A stretch of DNA of 64,000 nt from Eledone cirrhosa. Taxonomy: Eukaryota. Below are positions 23,501 to 36,180 of the stretch, in pieces. A program made the position numbers and the translations under genes. The notes under the pieces are model-generated. The model did no database searches, was not told where the DNA came from, and was given only the letters and a program-made list of their open reading frames with translations. The DNA lies in contig OZ024758.1 of NCBI GenBank assembly GCA_964016885.1, positions 36,766,001-36,830,000 on the forward strand. Direction: 5' to 3'. Within the stretch, counting starts at the first letter, position 1. Every line of letters begins with the position of its first letter.

Positions 23501-26410
23501 ACTGTTGGTGAGAGTTCATTTAAGTCATGGTATTAGCTGTCAGAAGTAACTCCATTGTTGGTGAGAATTCATTTAAGTCATGGTACTAGCTGTCAGAAGT
23601 AACTCCACTGTTGGTGAGAATTCATTTAAGTTCATGGTATTAGCTGTCAGAAGGAACTCCACTGTTGGTGAGAATTCATTTAAGTTCATGGTACTAGCTG
23701 TCAGAAGTAACTCCACTGTTGGTGAGAATTCATTTAAGTTCATGGTATTAGTTTGTCAGAAGTAACTCCACTGTTGGTGAGAATTCATTTAATTCATGGT
23801 ATTAGTTGTCAGAAGTAACTCCAATGTTGGTGAGAATTCATTTAAGTCATGGTACTAGCTGTCAGAAGTAACTCCAATGTTGGTGAGAATTCATTTAAGT
23901 TCATGGTATTAGCTGTCAGAAGGAACTCCACTGTTGGTGAGAATTCATTTAAGTTCATGGTATTAGCTGTCAGAAGTAACTCCACTGTTGGCGAGAATTC
24001 ATTTAAGTTCATGGTACTAGCTGTCAGAAGTAACTCCAATGTTGGTGAGAATTCATTTAAGTTCATGGTATTAGCTGTCAGAAGTAACTCCACTGTTGGT
24101 GAGAATTTATTTAAGTCATGGTATTAGCTGTCAGAAGTAACTCCAATGTTGGTGAGAATTCATTTAAGTTCATGGTACTAGCTGTCAGAAGTAACTCCAC
24201 TGTTGGTGAGAATTCATTTAAGTTCATGGTATTAGTTTGTCAGAAGTAACTCCACTGTTGGTGAGAATTCATTTAAGTCATGGTATTAGTTGTCAGAAGT
24301 AACTCCAATGTTGGTGAGAATTCATTTAAGTTCATGGTACTAGCTGTCAGAAGTAACTCCACTGTTGGTGAGAATTCATTTAAGTTCATGGTATTAGCTG
24401 TCAGAAGTAACTCCACTGTTGGTGAGAATTCATTTAAATCATGGTATTAGTTGTCAGAAGTAACTCCAATGTTGGTAAGAATTCATTTAAGTTCATGGTA
24501 CTAGCTGTCAGAAGTAACTCCACTGTTGGTGAGAATTCATTTAAGTTCATGGTATTAGCTGTCAGAAGTAACTCCACTGTTGGTGAGAATTCATTTAAGT
24601 CATGGTATTAGCTGTCAGAAGTAACTCCATTGTTGGTGAGAATTCATTGAAGTCATGGTACTAGCTGTCAGAAGTAACTCCAATGTTGGTGAGAATTCAG
24701 TTAAGTTCATGGTATTAGCTGTCAGAAGGAACTCCAATGTTGGTGAGAATTCATTTAAGTTCATGGTATTAGTTGTCAGAAGTAACTCCACTGTTGGTGA
24801 GAATTCATTTAAGTTCATGGTATTAGCTGTCAGAAGTAACTCCACTGTTGGTGAGAATTCATTTAAGTTCATGGTATTAGCTGTCAGAAGGAACGCCACT
24901 GTTGGTGAGAATTCATTTAAGTTCATGGTATTAGCTGTCAGAAGTAACTCAACTGTTGGTGAGAATTCATTTAAGTTCATGGTACTAGTTGTCAGAAGTA
25001 ACTCCACTGTTGGTGAGAATTCATTTAAGTTCATGGTATTAGTTGTCAGAAGTAACTCCACTGTTGGTGAGAATTCATTTAAGTTCATGGTATTAGCTGT
25101 CAGAAGTAACCCCAATGTTGGTGAGAATTCATTTCAGTTCATGGTTCTAGCTGTCAGAAGTAACTCCACTGTTGGTGAGAATTCATTTAAGTTCATGGTA
25201 TTAGCTGTCAGAAGTAACTCCACTGTTGGTGAGAGTTCATTTAAGTCATGGTATTAGCTGTCAGAAGTAACTCCATTGTTGGTGAGAATTCATTTAAGTC
25301 ATGGTACTAGCTGTCAGAAGTAACTCCACTGTTGGTGAGAATTCATTTAAGTTCATGGTATTAGCTGTCAGAAGGAACTCCACTGTTGGTGAGAATTCAT
25401 TTAAGTTCATGGTACTAGCTGTCAGAAGTAACTTCACTGTTGGTGAGAATTCATTTAAGTTCATGGTATTAGTTTGTCAGAAGTAACTCCACTGTTGGTG
25501 AGAATTCATTTAATTCATGGTATTAGTTGTCAGAAGTAACTCCAATGTTGGTGAGAATTCATTTAAGTCATGGTACTAGCTGTCAGAAGTAACTCCAATG
25601 TTGGTGAGAATTCATTTAAGTTCATGGTATTAGCTGTCAGAAGTAACTCCACTGTTGGCGAGAATTCATTTAAGTTCATGGTACTAGCTGTCAGAAGTAA
25701 CTCCAATGTTGGTGAGAATTCATTTAAGTTCATGGTATTAGCTGTCAGAAGTAACTCCACTGTTGGTGAGAATTCATTTAAGTCATGGTATTAGCTGTCA
25801 GAAGTAACTCCAATGTTGGTGAGAATTCATTTACGTTCATGGTACTAGCTGTCAGAAGTAACTCCACTGTTGGTGAGAATTCATTTAAGTTCATGGTATT
25901 AGTTTGTCAGAAGTAACTCCACTGTTGGTGAGAATTCATTTAAGTCATGGTATTAGTTGTCAGAAGTTTACTCCAATGTTGGTGAGAATTCATTTAAGTT
26001 CATGGTACTAGCTGTCAGAAGTAATTCCACTGTTGGTGAGAATTCATTTAAGTTCATGGTATTAGCTGTCAGAAGTAACTCCACTGTTGGTGAGAATTCA
26101 TTTAAGTCATGGTATTAGCTGTCAGAAGTAACTCCAATGTTGGTGAGAATTCATTTAAGTCATGGTACTAGCTGTCAGAAGTAACTCCAATGTTGGTGAG
26201 AATTCAGTTAAGTTCATGGTATTAGCTGTCAGAAGGAACTCCACTGTTGGTGAGAATTCATTTAAGTTCATGGTATTAGTTGTCAGAAGTAACTCCACTG
26301 TTGGTGAGAATTCATTTAAGTTCATGGTATTAGCTGTCAGAAGTAACCCCAATGTTGGTGAGAATTCATTTAAGTTCATGGTTCTAGCTGTCAGAAGTAA
26401 CTCCAATGTT
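8280..26410. repeat. ~9-kb tandem duplication (copy 1 ~8280-17263; copy 2 ~17264-26410)
   Basis: A constant 8,984-bp offset links 8463/17447, 9431/18415, 11470/20454, 12457/21441, 13857/22841 and 14858/23842. After a 3-monomer indel the offset becomes 9,146 bp (15469/24615, 16155/25301, 17009/26155). Confidence 0.93.
13850..16900. repeat. ~1.6-kb tandem duplication (1,612 then 1,559 bp offset)
   Basis: Matching ORFs lie at 13857/15469, 14596/16155 and 14858/16417. The shared markers are CATTGAAG, GGAACGCC, CTCAACTG, AACCCCAA, GAGAGTTC and GGCGAG. Confidence 0.87.
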
Positions 26411-27549
26411 GGTGAGAATTCATTTAAGTTCATGGTATTAGCTGTCAGAAGTAACTCCACTGTTGGTGAGAGTTCATTTAAGTCATGGTATTAGCTGTCA
26501 GAAGTAACTCCATTGTTGGTGAGAATTCATTTAAGTCATGGTACTAGCTGTCAGAAGTAACTCCACTGTTGGTGAGAATTCATTTAAGTTCATGGTGTTA
26601 GCTGTCAGAAGGAACTCCACTGTTGGTGAGAATTCATTTAAGTTCATGGTACTAGCTGTCAGAAGTAACTCCACTGTTGGTGAGAATTCATTTAAGTTCA
26701 TGGTATTAGTTTGTCAGAAGTAACTCCACTGTTGGTGAGAATTCATTTAATTCATGGTATTAGTTGTCAGAAGTAACTCCAATGTTGGTGAGAATTCATT
26801 TAAGTCATGGTACTAGCTGTCAGAAGTAACTCCAATGTAGGTGAGAATTCATTTAAGTTCATGGTATTAGCTGTCAGAAGTAACTCCACTGTTGGTGAGA
26901 ATTCATTTAAGTTCATGGTACTAGTTGTCAGAAGTAACTCCAATGTTGGTGAGAATTCATTTAAGTTCATGGTACTAGCTGTCAGAAGTAATTCCACTGT
27001 TGGTGAGAATTCATTTAAGTTCATGGTATTAGCTGTCAGAAGTAACTCCACTGTTGGTGAGAATTCATTTAAGTCATGGTATTAGCTGTCAGAAGTAACT
27101 CCAATGTTGGTGAGAATTCATTTAAGTCATGGTACTAGCTGTCAGAAGTAACTCCAATGTTGGTGAGAATTCAGTTAAGTTCATGGTATTAGCTGTCAGA
27201 AGGAACTCCACTGTTGGTGAGAATTCATTTAAGTTCATGGTATTAGTTGTCAGAAGTAACTCCACTGTTGGTGAGAATTCATTTAAGTTCATGGTATTAG
27301 CTGTCAGAAGTAACCCCAATGTTGGTGAGAATTCATTTAAGTTCATGGTTCTAGCTGTCAGAAGTAACTCCAATGTTGGTGAGAATTCATTTAAGTCATG
27401 GTACTAGCTGTCAGAAGTAACTCCACTGTTGGTGAGAATTCATTTAAGTTCATGGTATTAGCTGTCAGAAGGAACTCCACTGTTGGTGAGAATTCATTTA
27501 AGTTCATGGTACTAGCTGTCAGAAGTAACTCCACTGTTGGTGAGAATTC

Positions 27550-30500
27550 ATTTAAGTTCATGGTATTAGTTTGTCAGAAGTAACTCCACTGTTGGTGAGA
27601 ATTCATTTAATTCATGGTATTAGTTGTCAGAAGTAACTCCAATGTTGGTGAGAATTCATTTAAGTCATGGTACTAGCTGTCAGAAGTAACTCCAATGTTG
27701 GTGAGAATTCATTTAAGTTCATGGTATTAGCTGTCAGAAGGAACTCCACTGTTGGTGAGAATTCATTTAAGTTCATGGTATTAGCTGTCAGAAGTAACTC
27801 CACTGTTGGCGAGAATTCATTTAAGTTCATGGTACTAGCTGTCAGAAGTAACTCCAATGTTGGTGAGAATTCATTTAAGTTCATGGTATTAGCTGTCAGA
27901 AGTAACTCCACTGTTGGTGAGAATTCATTTAAGTCATGGTATTAGCTGTCAGAAGTAACTCCAATGTTGGTGAGAATTCATTTAAGTTCATGGTACTAGC
28001 TGTCAGAAGTAACTCCACTGTTGGTGAGAATTCATTTAAGTTCATGGTATTAGTTTGTCAGAAGTAACTCCACTGTTGGTGAGAATTCATTTAAGTCATG
28101 GTATTAGTTGTCAGAAGTTTACTCCAATGTTGGTGAGAATTCATTTAAGTTCATGGTACTAGCTGTCAGAAGTAACTCCACTGTTGGTGAGAATTCATTT
28201 AAGTTCATGGTATTAGCTGTCAGAAGTAACTCCAATGTTGGTGAGAATTCATTTAAGTCATGGTACTAGCTGTCAGAAGTAACTCCAATGTTGGTGAGAA
28301 TTCAGTTAAGTTCATGGTATTAGCTGTCAGAAGGAACTCCACTGTTGGTGAGAATTCATTTAAGTTCATGGTATTAGCTGTCAGAAGTAACTCCACTGTT
28401 GGTGAGAATTCATTTAAGTTCATGGTACTAGCTGTCAGAAGTAACTCCACTGTTGGTGAGAATTCATTTAAGTTCATGGTACTAGCTGTCAGAAGTAACT
28501 CCACTGTTGGTGAGAATTCAGTTAAGTTCATGGTATTAGTTGTCAGAAGTAACTCCACTGTTGGTGAGAATTCATTTAAATCATGGTATTAGTTGTCAGA
28601 AGTAACTCCAATGTTGGTGAGAATTCATTTAATTTCATGGTACTAGCTGTCAGAAGTAACTCCACTGTTGGTGAGAATTCATTTAAGTCATGGTATTAGT
28701 TGTCAGAAGTAACTCCAATGTTGGTGAGAATTCATTTAAGTTCATGGTACTAGCTGTCAGAAGTAACTCCACTGTTGGTGAGAATTCATTTAAGTTCATG
28801 GTATTAGCTGTCAGAAGTAACTCCACTGTTGGTGAGAATTCATTTAAGTCATGGTATTAGTTGTCAGAAGTAACTCCAATGTTGGTGAGAATTCATTTAA
28901 GTTCATGGTACTAGCTGTCAGAAGTAACTCCACTGTTGGTGAGAATTCATTTAAGTTCATGGTATTAGCTGTCAGAAGTAACTCCACTGTTGGTGAGAAT
29001 TCATTTAAGTTCATGGTATTAGCTGTCAGAAGTAACTCCACTGTTGGTGAGAATTCATTTAAGTTCATGGTATTAGCTGTCAGAAGTAACTCCACTGTTG
29101 GTGAGAATTCATTTAAGTTCATGGTATTAGCTGTCAGAAGGAACTCCAATGTTGGTGAGAATTCATTTAAGTCATGGTACTAGCTGTCAGAAGTAACTCC
29201 ACTGTTGGTGAGAATTCATTTAAGTTCATGGTATTAGCTGTCAGAAGTAACTCCACTGTTGGTGAGAATTCATTTAAGTTCATGGTACTAGCTGTCAGAA
29301 GTAACTCCAATGTTGGTGAGAATTCATTTAAGTTCATGGTATTAGCTGTCAGAAGGAACTCCACTGTTGGTGAGAATTCATTTAAGTTCATGGTATTAGC
29401 TGTCAGAAGTAACTCCACTGTTGGTGAGAATTCATTTAAGTTCATGGTACTAGTTGTCAGAAGTAACTCCACTGTTGGTGAGAATTCATTTAAGTTCATG
29501 TTACTAGCTGTCAGAAGTAACTCCACTGTTGGTGAGAATTCATTTAAGTTCATGGTATTAGTTTGTCAGAAGTAACTCCACTGTTGGTGAGAATTCATTT
29601 AAGTTCATGGTATTAGCTGTCAGAAGTAACTCCACTGTTGGTGAGAATTCATTTAAGTTCATGGTACTAGCTGTCAGAAGTAACTCCAATGTTGGTGAGA
29701 ATTCATTTAAGTTCATGGTATTAGCTGTCAGAAGTAACTCCACTGTTGGTGAGAATTCATTTAAGTCATGGTATTAGCTGTCAGAAGTAACTCCAATGTT
29801 GGTGAGAATTCATTTAAGTTCACGGTACTAGCTGTCAGAAGTAACTCCACTGTTGGTGAGAATTCATTTAAGTTCATGGTATTAGTTTGTCAGAAGTAAC
29901 TCCAATGTTGGTGAGAATTCATTTAAGTTCATGGTACTAGCTGTCAGAAGTAGCTCCACTGTTGGTGAGAATTCATTTAAGTTCATGGTATTAGCTGTCA
30001 GAATTAACTCCACTGTTGGTGAGAATTCATTTAAGTCATGGTATTAGCTGTCAGAAGTAACTCCAATGTTGGTGAGAATTCATTTAAGTCATGGTACTAG
30101 CTGTCAGAAGTAACTCCAATGTTGGTGAGAATTCAGTTAAGTTCATGGTATTAGCTGTCAGAAGGAACTCCACTGTTGGTGAGAATTCATTTAAGTTCAT
30201 GGTATTAGCTGTCAGAAGTAACTCCACTGTTGGTGAGAATTCATTTAAGTTCATGGTACTAGCTGTCAGAAGTAACTCCACTGTTGGTGAGAATTCATTT
30301 AAGTTCATGGTACTAGCTGTCAGAAGTAACTCCACTGTTGGTGAGAATTCATTTAAGTTCATGGTATTAGCTGTCAGAAGTAACTCCACTGTTGGTGAGA
30401 GTTCATTTAAGTCATGGTATTAGCTGTCAGAAGTAACTCCACTGTTGGTGAGAATTCATTTAAGTTCATGGTACTAGCTGTCAGAAGTAACTCCACTGTT

Positions 30501-32500
30501 GGTGAGAATTCATTTAAGTTCATGGTTCTAGCTGTCAGAAGTAACTCCACTGTTGGTGAGAATTCATTTAAGTTCATGGTATTAGCTGTCAGAAGTAACT
30601 CCACTGTTGGTGAGAGTTCATTTAAGTCATGGTATTAGCTGTCAGAAGTAACTCCATTGTTGGTGAGAATTCATTTAAGTCATGGTACTAGCTGTCAGAA
30701 GTAACTCCACTGTTGGTCAGAATTCATTTAAGTTCATGGTACTAGCTGTCAGAAGTAACTCCACTGTTGGTGAGAATTCATTTAAGTTCATGGTATTAGT
30801 TTGTCAGAAGTAACTCCACTGTTGGTGAGAATTCATTTAATTCATGGTATTAGTTGTCAGAAGTAACTCCAATGTTGGTGAGAATTCATTTAAGTCATGG
30901 TACTAGCTGTCAGAAGTAACTCCAATGTTGGTGAGAATTCATTTAAGTTCATGGTATTAGCTGTCAGAAGGAACTCCACTGTTGGTGAGAATTCATTTAA
31001 GTTCATGGTATTAGCTGTCAGAAGTAACTCCACTGTTGGCGAGAATTCATTTAAGTTCATGGTACTAGCTGTCAGAAGTAACTCCAATGTTGGTGAGAAT
31101 TCATTTAAGTTCATGGTATTAGCTGTCAGAAGTAACTCCACTGTTGGTGAGAATTCATTTAAGTCATGGTATTAGCTGTCAGAAGTAACTCCAATGTTGG
31201 TGAGAATTCATTTAAGTTCATGGTACTAGCTGTCAGAAGTAACTCCACTGTTGGTGAGAATTCATTTAAGTTCATGGTATTAGTTTGTCAGAAGTAACTC
31301 CACTGTTGGTGAGAATTCATTTAAGTCATGGTATTAGTTGTCAGAAGTTTACTCCAATGTTGGTGAGAATTCATTTAAGTTCATGGTACTAGCTGTCAGA
31401 AGTAACTCCACTGTTGGTGAGAATTCATTTAAGTTCATGGTATTAGCTGTCAGAAGTAACTCCACTGTTGGTGAGAATTCATTTAAGTCATGGTATTAGC
31501 TGTCAGAAGTAACTCCAATGTTGGTGAGAATTCATTTAAGTCATGGTACTAGCTGTCAGAAGTAACTCCAATGTTGGTGAGAATTCAGTTAAGTTCATGG
31601 TATTAGCTGTCAGAAGGAACTCCACTGTTGGTGAGAATTCATTTAAGTTCATGGTATTAGCTGTCAGAAGTAACTCCACTGTTGGTGAGAATTCATTTAA
31701 GTTCATGGTACTAGCTGTCAGAAGTAACTCCACTGTTGGTGAGAATTCATTTAAGTTCATGGTACTAGCTGTCAGAAGTAACTCCACTGTTGGTGAGAAT
31801 TCAGTTAAGTTCATGGTATTAGTTGTCAGAAGTAACTCCACTGTTGGTGAGAATTCATTTAAATCATGGTATTAGTTGTCAGAAGTAACTCCAATGTTGG
31901 TGAGAATTCATTTAATTTCATGGTACTAGCTGTCAGAAGTAACTCCACTGTTGGTGCGAATTCATTTAAGTCATGGTATTAGTTGTCAGAAGTAACTCCA
32001 ATGTTGGTGAGAATTCATTTAAGTTCATGGTACTAGCTGTCAGAAGTAACTCCACTGTTGGTGAGAATTCATTTAAGTTCATGGTATTAGCTGTCAGAAG
32101 TAACTCCACTGTTGGTGAGAATTCATTTAAGTCATGGTATTAGTTGTCAGAAGTAACTCCAATGTTGGTGAGAATTCATTTAAGTTCATGGTACTAGCTG
32201 TCAGAAGTAACTCCACTGTTGGTGAGAATTCATTTAAGTTCATGGTATTAGCTGTCAGAAGTAACTCCACTGTTGGTGAGAATTCATTTAAGTTCATGGT
32301 ATTAGCTGTCAGAAGTAACTCCACTGTTGGTGAGAATTCATTTAAGTTCATGGTATTAGCTGTCAGATGTAACTCCACTGTTGGTGAGAATTCATTTAAG
32401 TTCATGGTATTAGCTGTCAGAAGGAACTCCAATGTTGGTGAGAATTCATTTAAGTCATGGTACTAGCTGTCAGAAGTAACTCCACTGTTGGTGAGAATTC
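27550..32500. repeat. Block repeated at a 3,230/3,283-bp offset
   Basis: Matching ORFs lie at 27660/30890 (3,230) and at 28253/31536 and 28844/32127 (3,283). The markers GGCGAG, AAGTTTAC and TAATTTCA occur in the same order. Confidence 0.82.
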
Positions 32501-32719
32501 ATTTAAGTTCATGGTACTAGCTGTCAGAAGTAACTCCACTGTTGGTGAGAATTCATTTAAGTTCATGGTACTAGCTGTCAGAAGTAACTCCACTGTTGGT
32601 GAGAATTCATTTAAGTTCACGGTACTAGCTGTCAGAAGTAACTCCACTGTTGGTGAGAATTCATTTAAGTTCACGGTACTAGCTGTCAGAAGTAACTCCA
32701 CTGTTGGTGAGAATTCATT

Positions 32720-35700
32720 TAAGTTCATGGTATTAGTTTGTCAGAAGTAACTCCAATGTTGGTGAGAATTCATTTAAGTTCATGGTACTAGCTGTCAGAA
32801 GTAACTCCACTGTTGGTGAGAATTCATTTAAGTTCATGGTATTAGCTGTCAGAAGTAACTCCACTGTTGGTGAGAATTCATTTAAGTCATGGTATTAGCT
32901 GTCAGAAGTAACTCCAATGTTGGTGAGAATTCATTTAAGTCATGGTACTAGCTGTCAGAAGTAACTCCAATGTTGGTGAGAATTCAGTTAAGTTCATGGT
33001 ATTAGCTGTCAGAAGGAACTCCACTGTTGGTGAGAATTCATTTAAGTTCATGGTATTAGCTGTCAGAAGTAACTCCACTGTTGGTGAGAATTCATTTAAG
33101 TTCATGGTACTAGCTGTCAGAAGTAACTCCACTGTTGGTGAGAATTCATTTAAGTTCATGGTACTAGCTGTCAGAAGTAACTCCACTGTTGGTGAGAATT
33201 CATTTAAGGTCATGGTATTAGCTGTCAGAAGTAACTCCACTGTTGGTGAGAATTCATTTAAGTTCACGGTACTAGCTGTCAGAAGTAACTCCACTGTTGG
33301 TGAGAATTCATTTAAGTTCATGGTATTAGTTTGTCAGAAGTAACTCCAATGTTGGTGAGAATTCATTTAAGTTCATGGTACTAGCTGTCAGAAGTAACTC
33401 CACTGTTGGTGAGAATTCATTTAAGTTCATGGTATTAGCTGTCAGAAGTAACTCCACTGTTGGTGAGAATTCATTTAAGTCATGGTATTAGCTGTCAGAA
33501 GTAACTCCAATGTTGGTGAGAATTCATTTAAGTCATGGTACTAGCTGTCAGAAGTAACTCCAATGTTGGTGAGAATTCAGTTAAGTTCATGGTATTAGCT
33601 GTCAGAAGGAACTCCACTGTTGGTGAGAATTCATTTAAGTTCATGGTATTAGCTGTCAGAAGTAACTCCACTGTTGGTGAGAATTCATTTAAGTTCATGG
33701 TACTAGCTGTCAGAAGTAACTCCACTGTTGGTGAGAATTCATTTAAGTTCATGGTACTAGCTGTCAGAAGTAACTCCACTGTTGGTGAGAATTCAGTTAA
33801 GTTCATGGTATTAGTTGTCAGAAGTAACTCCACTGTTGGTGAGAATTCATTTAAGTTCATGGTATTAGTTTGTCAGAAGTAACTCCAATGTTGGTGAGAA
33901 TTCATTTAAGTTCATGGTACTAGCTGTCAGAAGTAACTCCACTGTTGGTGAGAATTCATTTAAGTTCATGGTATTAGCTGTCCGAAGTAACTCCACTGTT
34001 GGTGAGAATTCATTTAAGTCATGGTATTAGCTGTCAGAAGTAACTCCAATGTTGGTGAGAATTCATTTAAGTCATGGTACTAGCTGTCAGAAGTAACTCC
34101 AATGTTGGTGAGAATTCAGTTAAGTTCATGGTATTAGCTGTCAGAAGGAACTCCACTGTTGGTGAGAATTCATTTAAGTTCATGGTATTAGCTGTCAGAA
34201 GTAACTCCACTGTTGGTGAGAATTCATTTAAGTTCATGGTACTAGCTGTCAGAAGTAACTCCACTGTTGGTGAGAATTCATTTAAGTTCATGGTACTAGC
34301 TGTCAGAAGTAACTCCACTGTTGGTGAGAATTCATTTAAGTTCATGGTATTAGCTGTCAGAAGTAACTCCACTGTTGGTGAGAATTCATTTAAGTTCACG
34401 GTACTAGCTGTCAGAAGTAACTCCACTGTTGGTGAGAATTCATTTAAGTTCATGGTATTAGTTTGTCAGAAGTAACTCCAATGTTGGTGAGAATTCATTT
34501 AAGTTCATGGTACTAGCTGTCAGAAGTAACTCCACTGTTGGTGAGAATTCATTTAAGTTCATGGTATTAACTGTCAGAAGTAACTCCACTGTTGGTGAGA
34601 ATTCATTTAAGTCATGGTATTAGCTGTCAGAAGTAACTCCAATGTTGGTGAGAATTCATTTAAGTCATGGTACTAGCTGTCAGAAGTAACTCCAATGTTG
34701 GTGAGAATTCAGTTAAGTTCATGGTATTAGCTGTCAGAAGGAACTCCACTGTTGGTGAGAATTCATTTAAGTTCATGGTATTAGCTGTCAGAAGTAACTC
34801 CACTGTTGGTGAGAATTCATTTAAGTTCATGGTACTAGCTGTCAGAAGTAACTCCACTGTTGGTGAGAATTCATTTAAGTTCATGGTACTAGCTGTCAGA
34901 AGTAACTCCACTGTTGGTGAGAATTCAGTTAAGTTCATGGTATTAGTTGTCAGAAGTAACTCCACTGTTGGTGAGAATTCATTTAAATCATGGTATTAGT
35001 TGTCAGAAGTAACTCCAATGTTGGTGAGAATTCATTTAATTTCATGGTACGAGCTGTCAGAAGTAACTCCACTGTTGGTGAGAAATCATTTAAGTCATGG
35101 TATTAGTTGTCAGAAGTAACTCCAATGTTGGTGAGAATTCATTTAAGTTCATGGTACTAGCTGTCAGAAGTAACTCCACTGTTGGTGAGAATTCATTTAA
35201 GTTCATGGTATTAGCTGTCAGAAGTAACTCCACTGTTGGTGAGAATTCATTTAAGTCATGGTATTAGTTGTCAGAAGTAACTCCAATGTTGGTGAGAATT
35301 CATTTAAGTTCATGGTACTAGCTGTCAGAAGTAACTCCACTGTTGGTGAGAATTCATTTAAGTTCATGGTATTAGCTGTCAGAAGTAACTCCACTGTTGG
35401 TGAGAATTCATTTAAGTTCATGGTACTAGCTGTCAGAAGTAACTCCACTGTTGGTGAGAATTCATTTAAGTTCATGGTACTAGCTGTCAGAAGTAACTCC
35501 ACTGTTGGTGAGAATTCAGTTAAGTTCATGGTATTAGTTGTCAGAAGTAACTCCACTGTTGGTGAGAATTCATTTAAATCATGGTATTAGTTGTCAGAAG
35601 TAACTCCAATGTTGGTGAGAATTCATTTAATTTCATGGTACTAGCTGTCAGAAGTAACTCCACTGTTGGTGAGAATTCATTTAAGTCATGGTATTAGTTG

Positions 35701-36180
35701 TCAGAAGTAACTCCAATGTTGGTGAGAATTCATTTAAGTTCATGGAACTAGCTGTCAGAAGTAACTCCACTGTTGGTGAGAATTCATTTAAGTTCATGGT
35801 ATTAGCTGTCAGAAGTAACTCCACTGTTGGTGAGAATTCATTTAAGTCATGGTATTAGTTGTCAGAAGTAACTCCAATGTTGGTGAGAATTCATTTAAGT
35901 TCATGGTACTAGCTGTCAGAAGTAACTCCACTGTTGGTGAGAATTCATTTAAGTTCATGGTATTAGCTGTCAGAAGTAACTCCACTGTTGGTGAGAATTC
36001 ATTTAAGTTCATGGTATTAGCTGTCAGAAGTAACTCCACTGTTGGTGAGAATTCATTTAAGTTCATGGTATTAGCTGTCAGAAGTAACTCCACTGTTGGT
36101 GAGAATTCATTTAAGTTCATGGTATTAGCTGTCAGAAGTAACTCCAATGTTGGTGAGAATTCATTTAAGTCATGGTACTA
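32720..36180. repeat. Run of short higher-order units of 10-11 monomers (593/539/593/591/591 bp)
   Basis: Successive equivalent ORFs start at 32935, 33528, 34067, 34660, 35251 and 35842. Confidence 0.78.
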
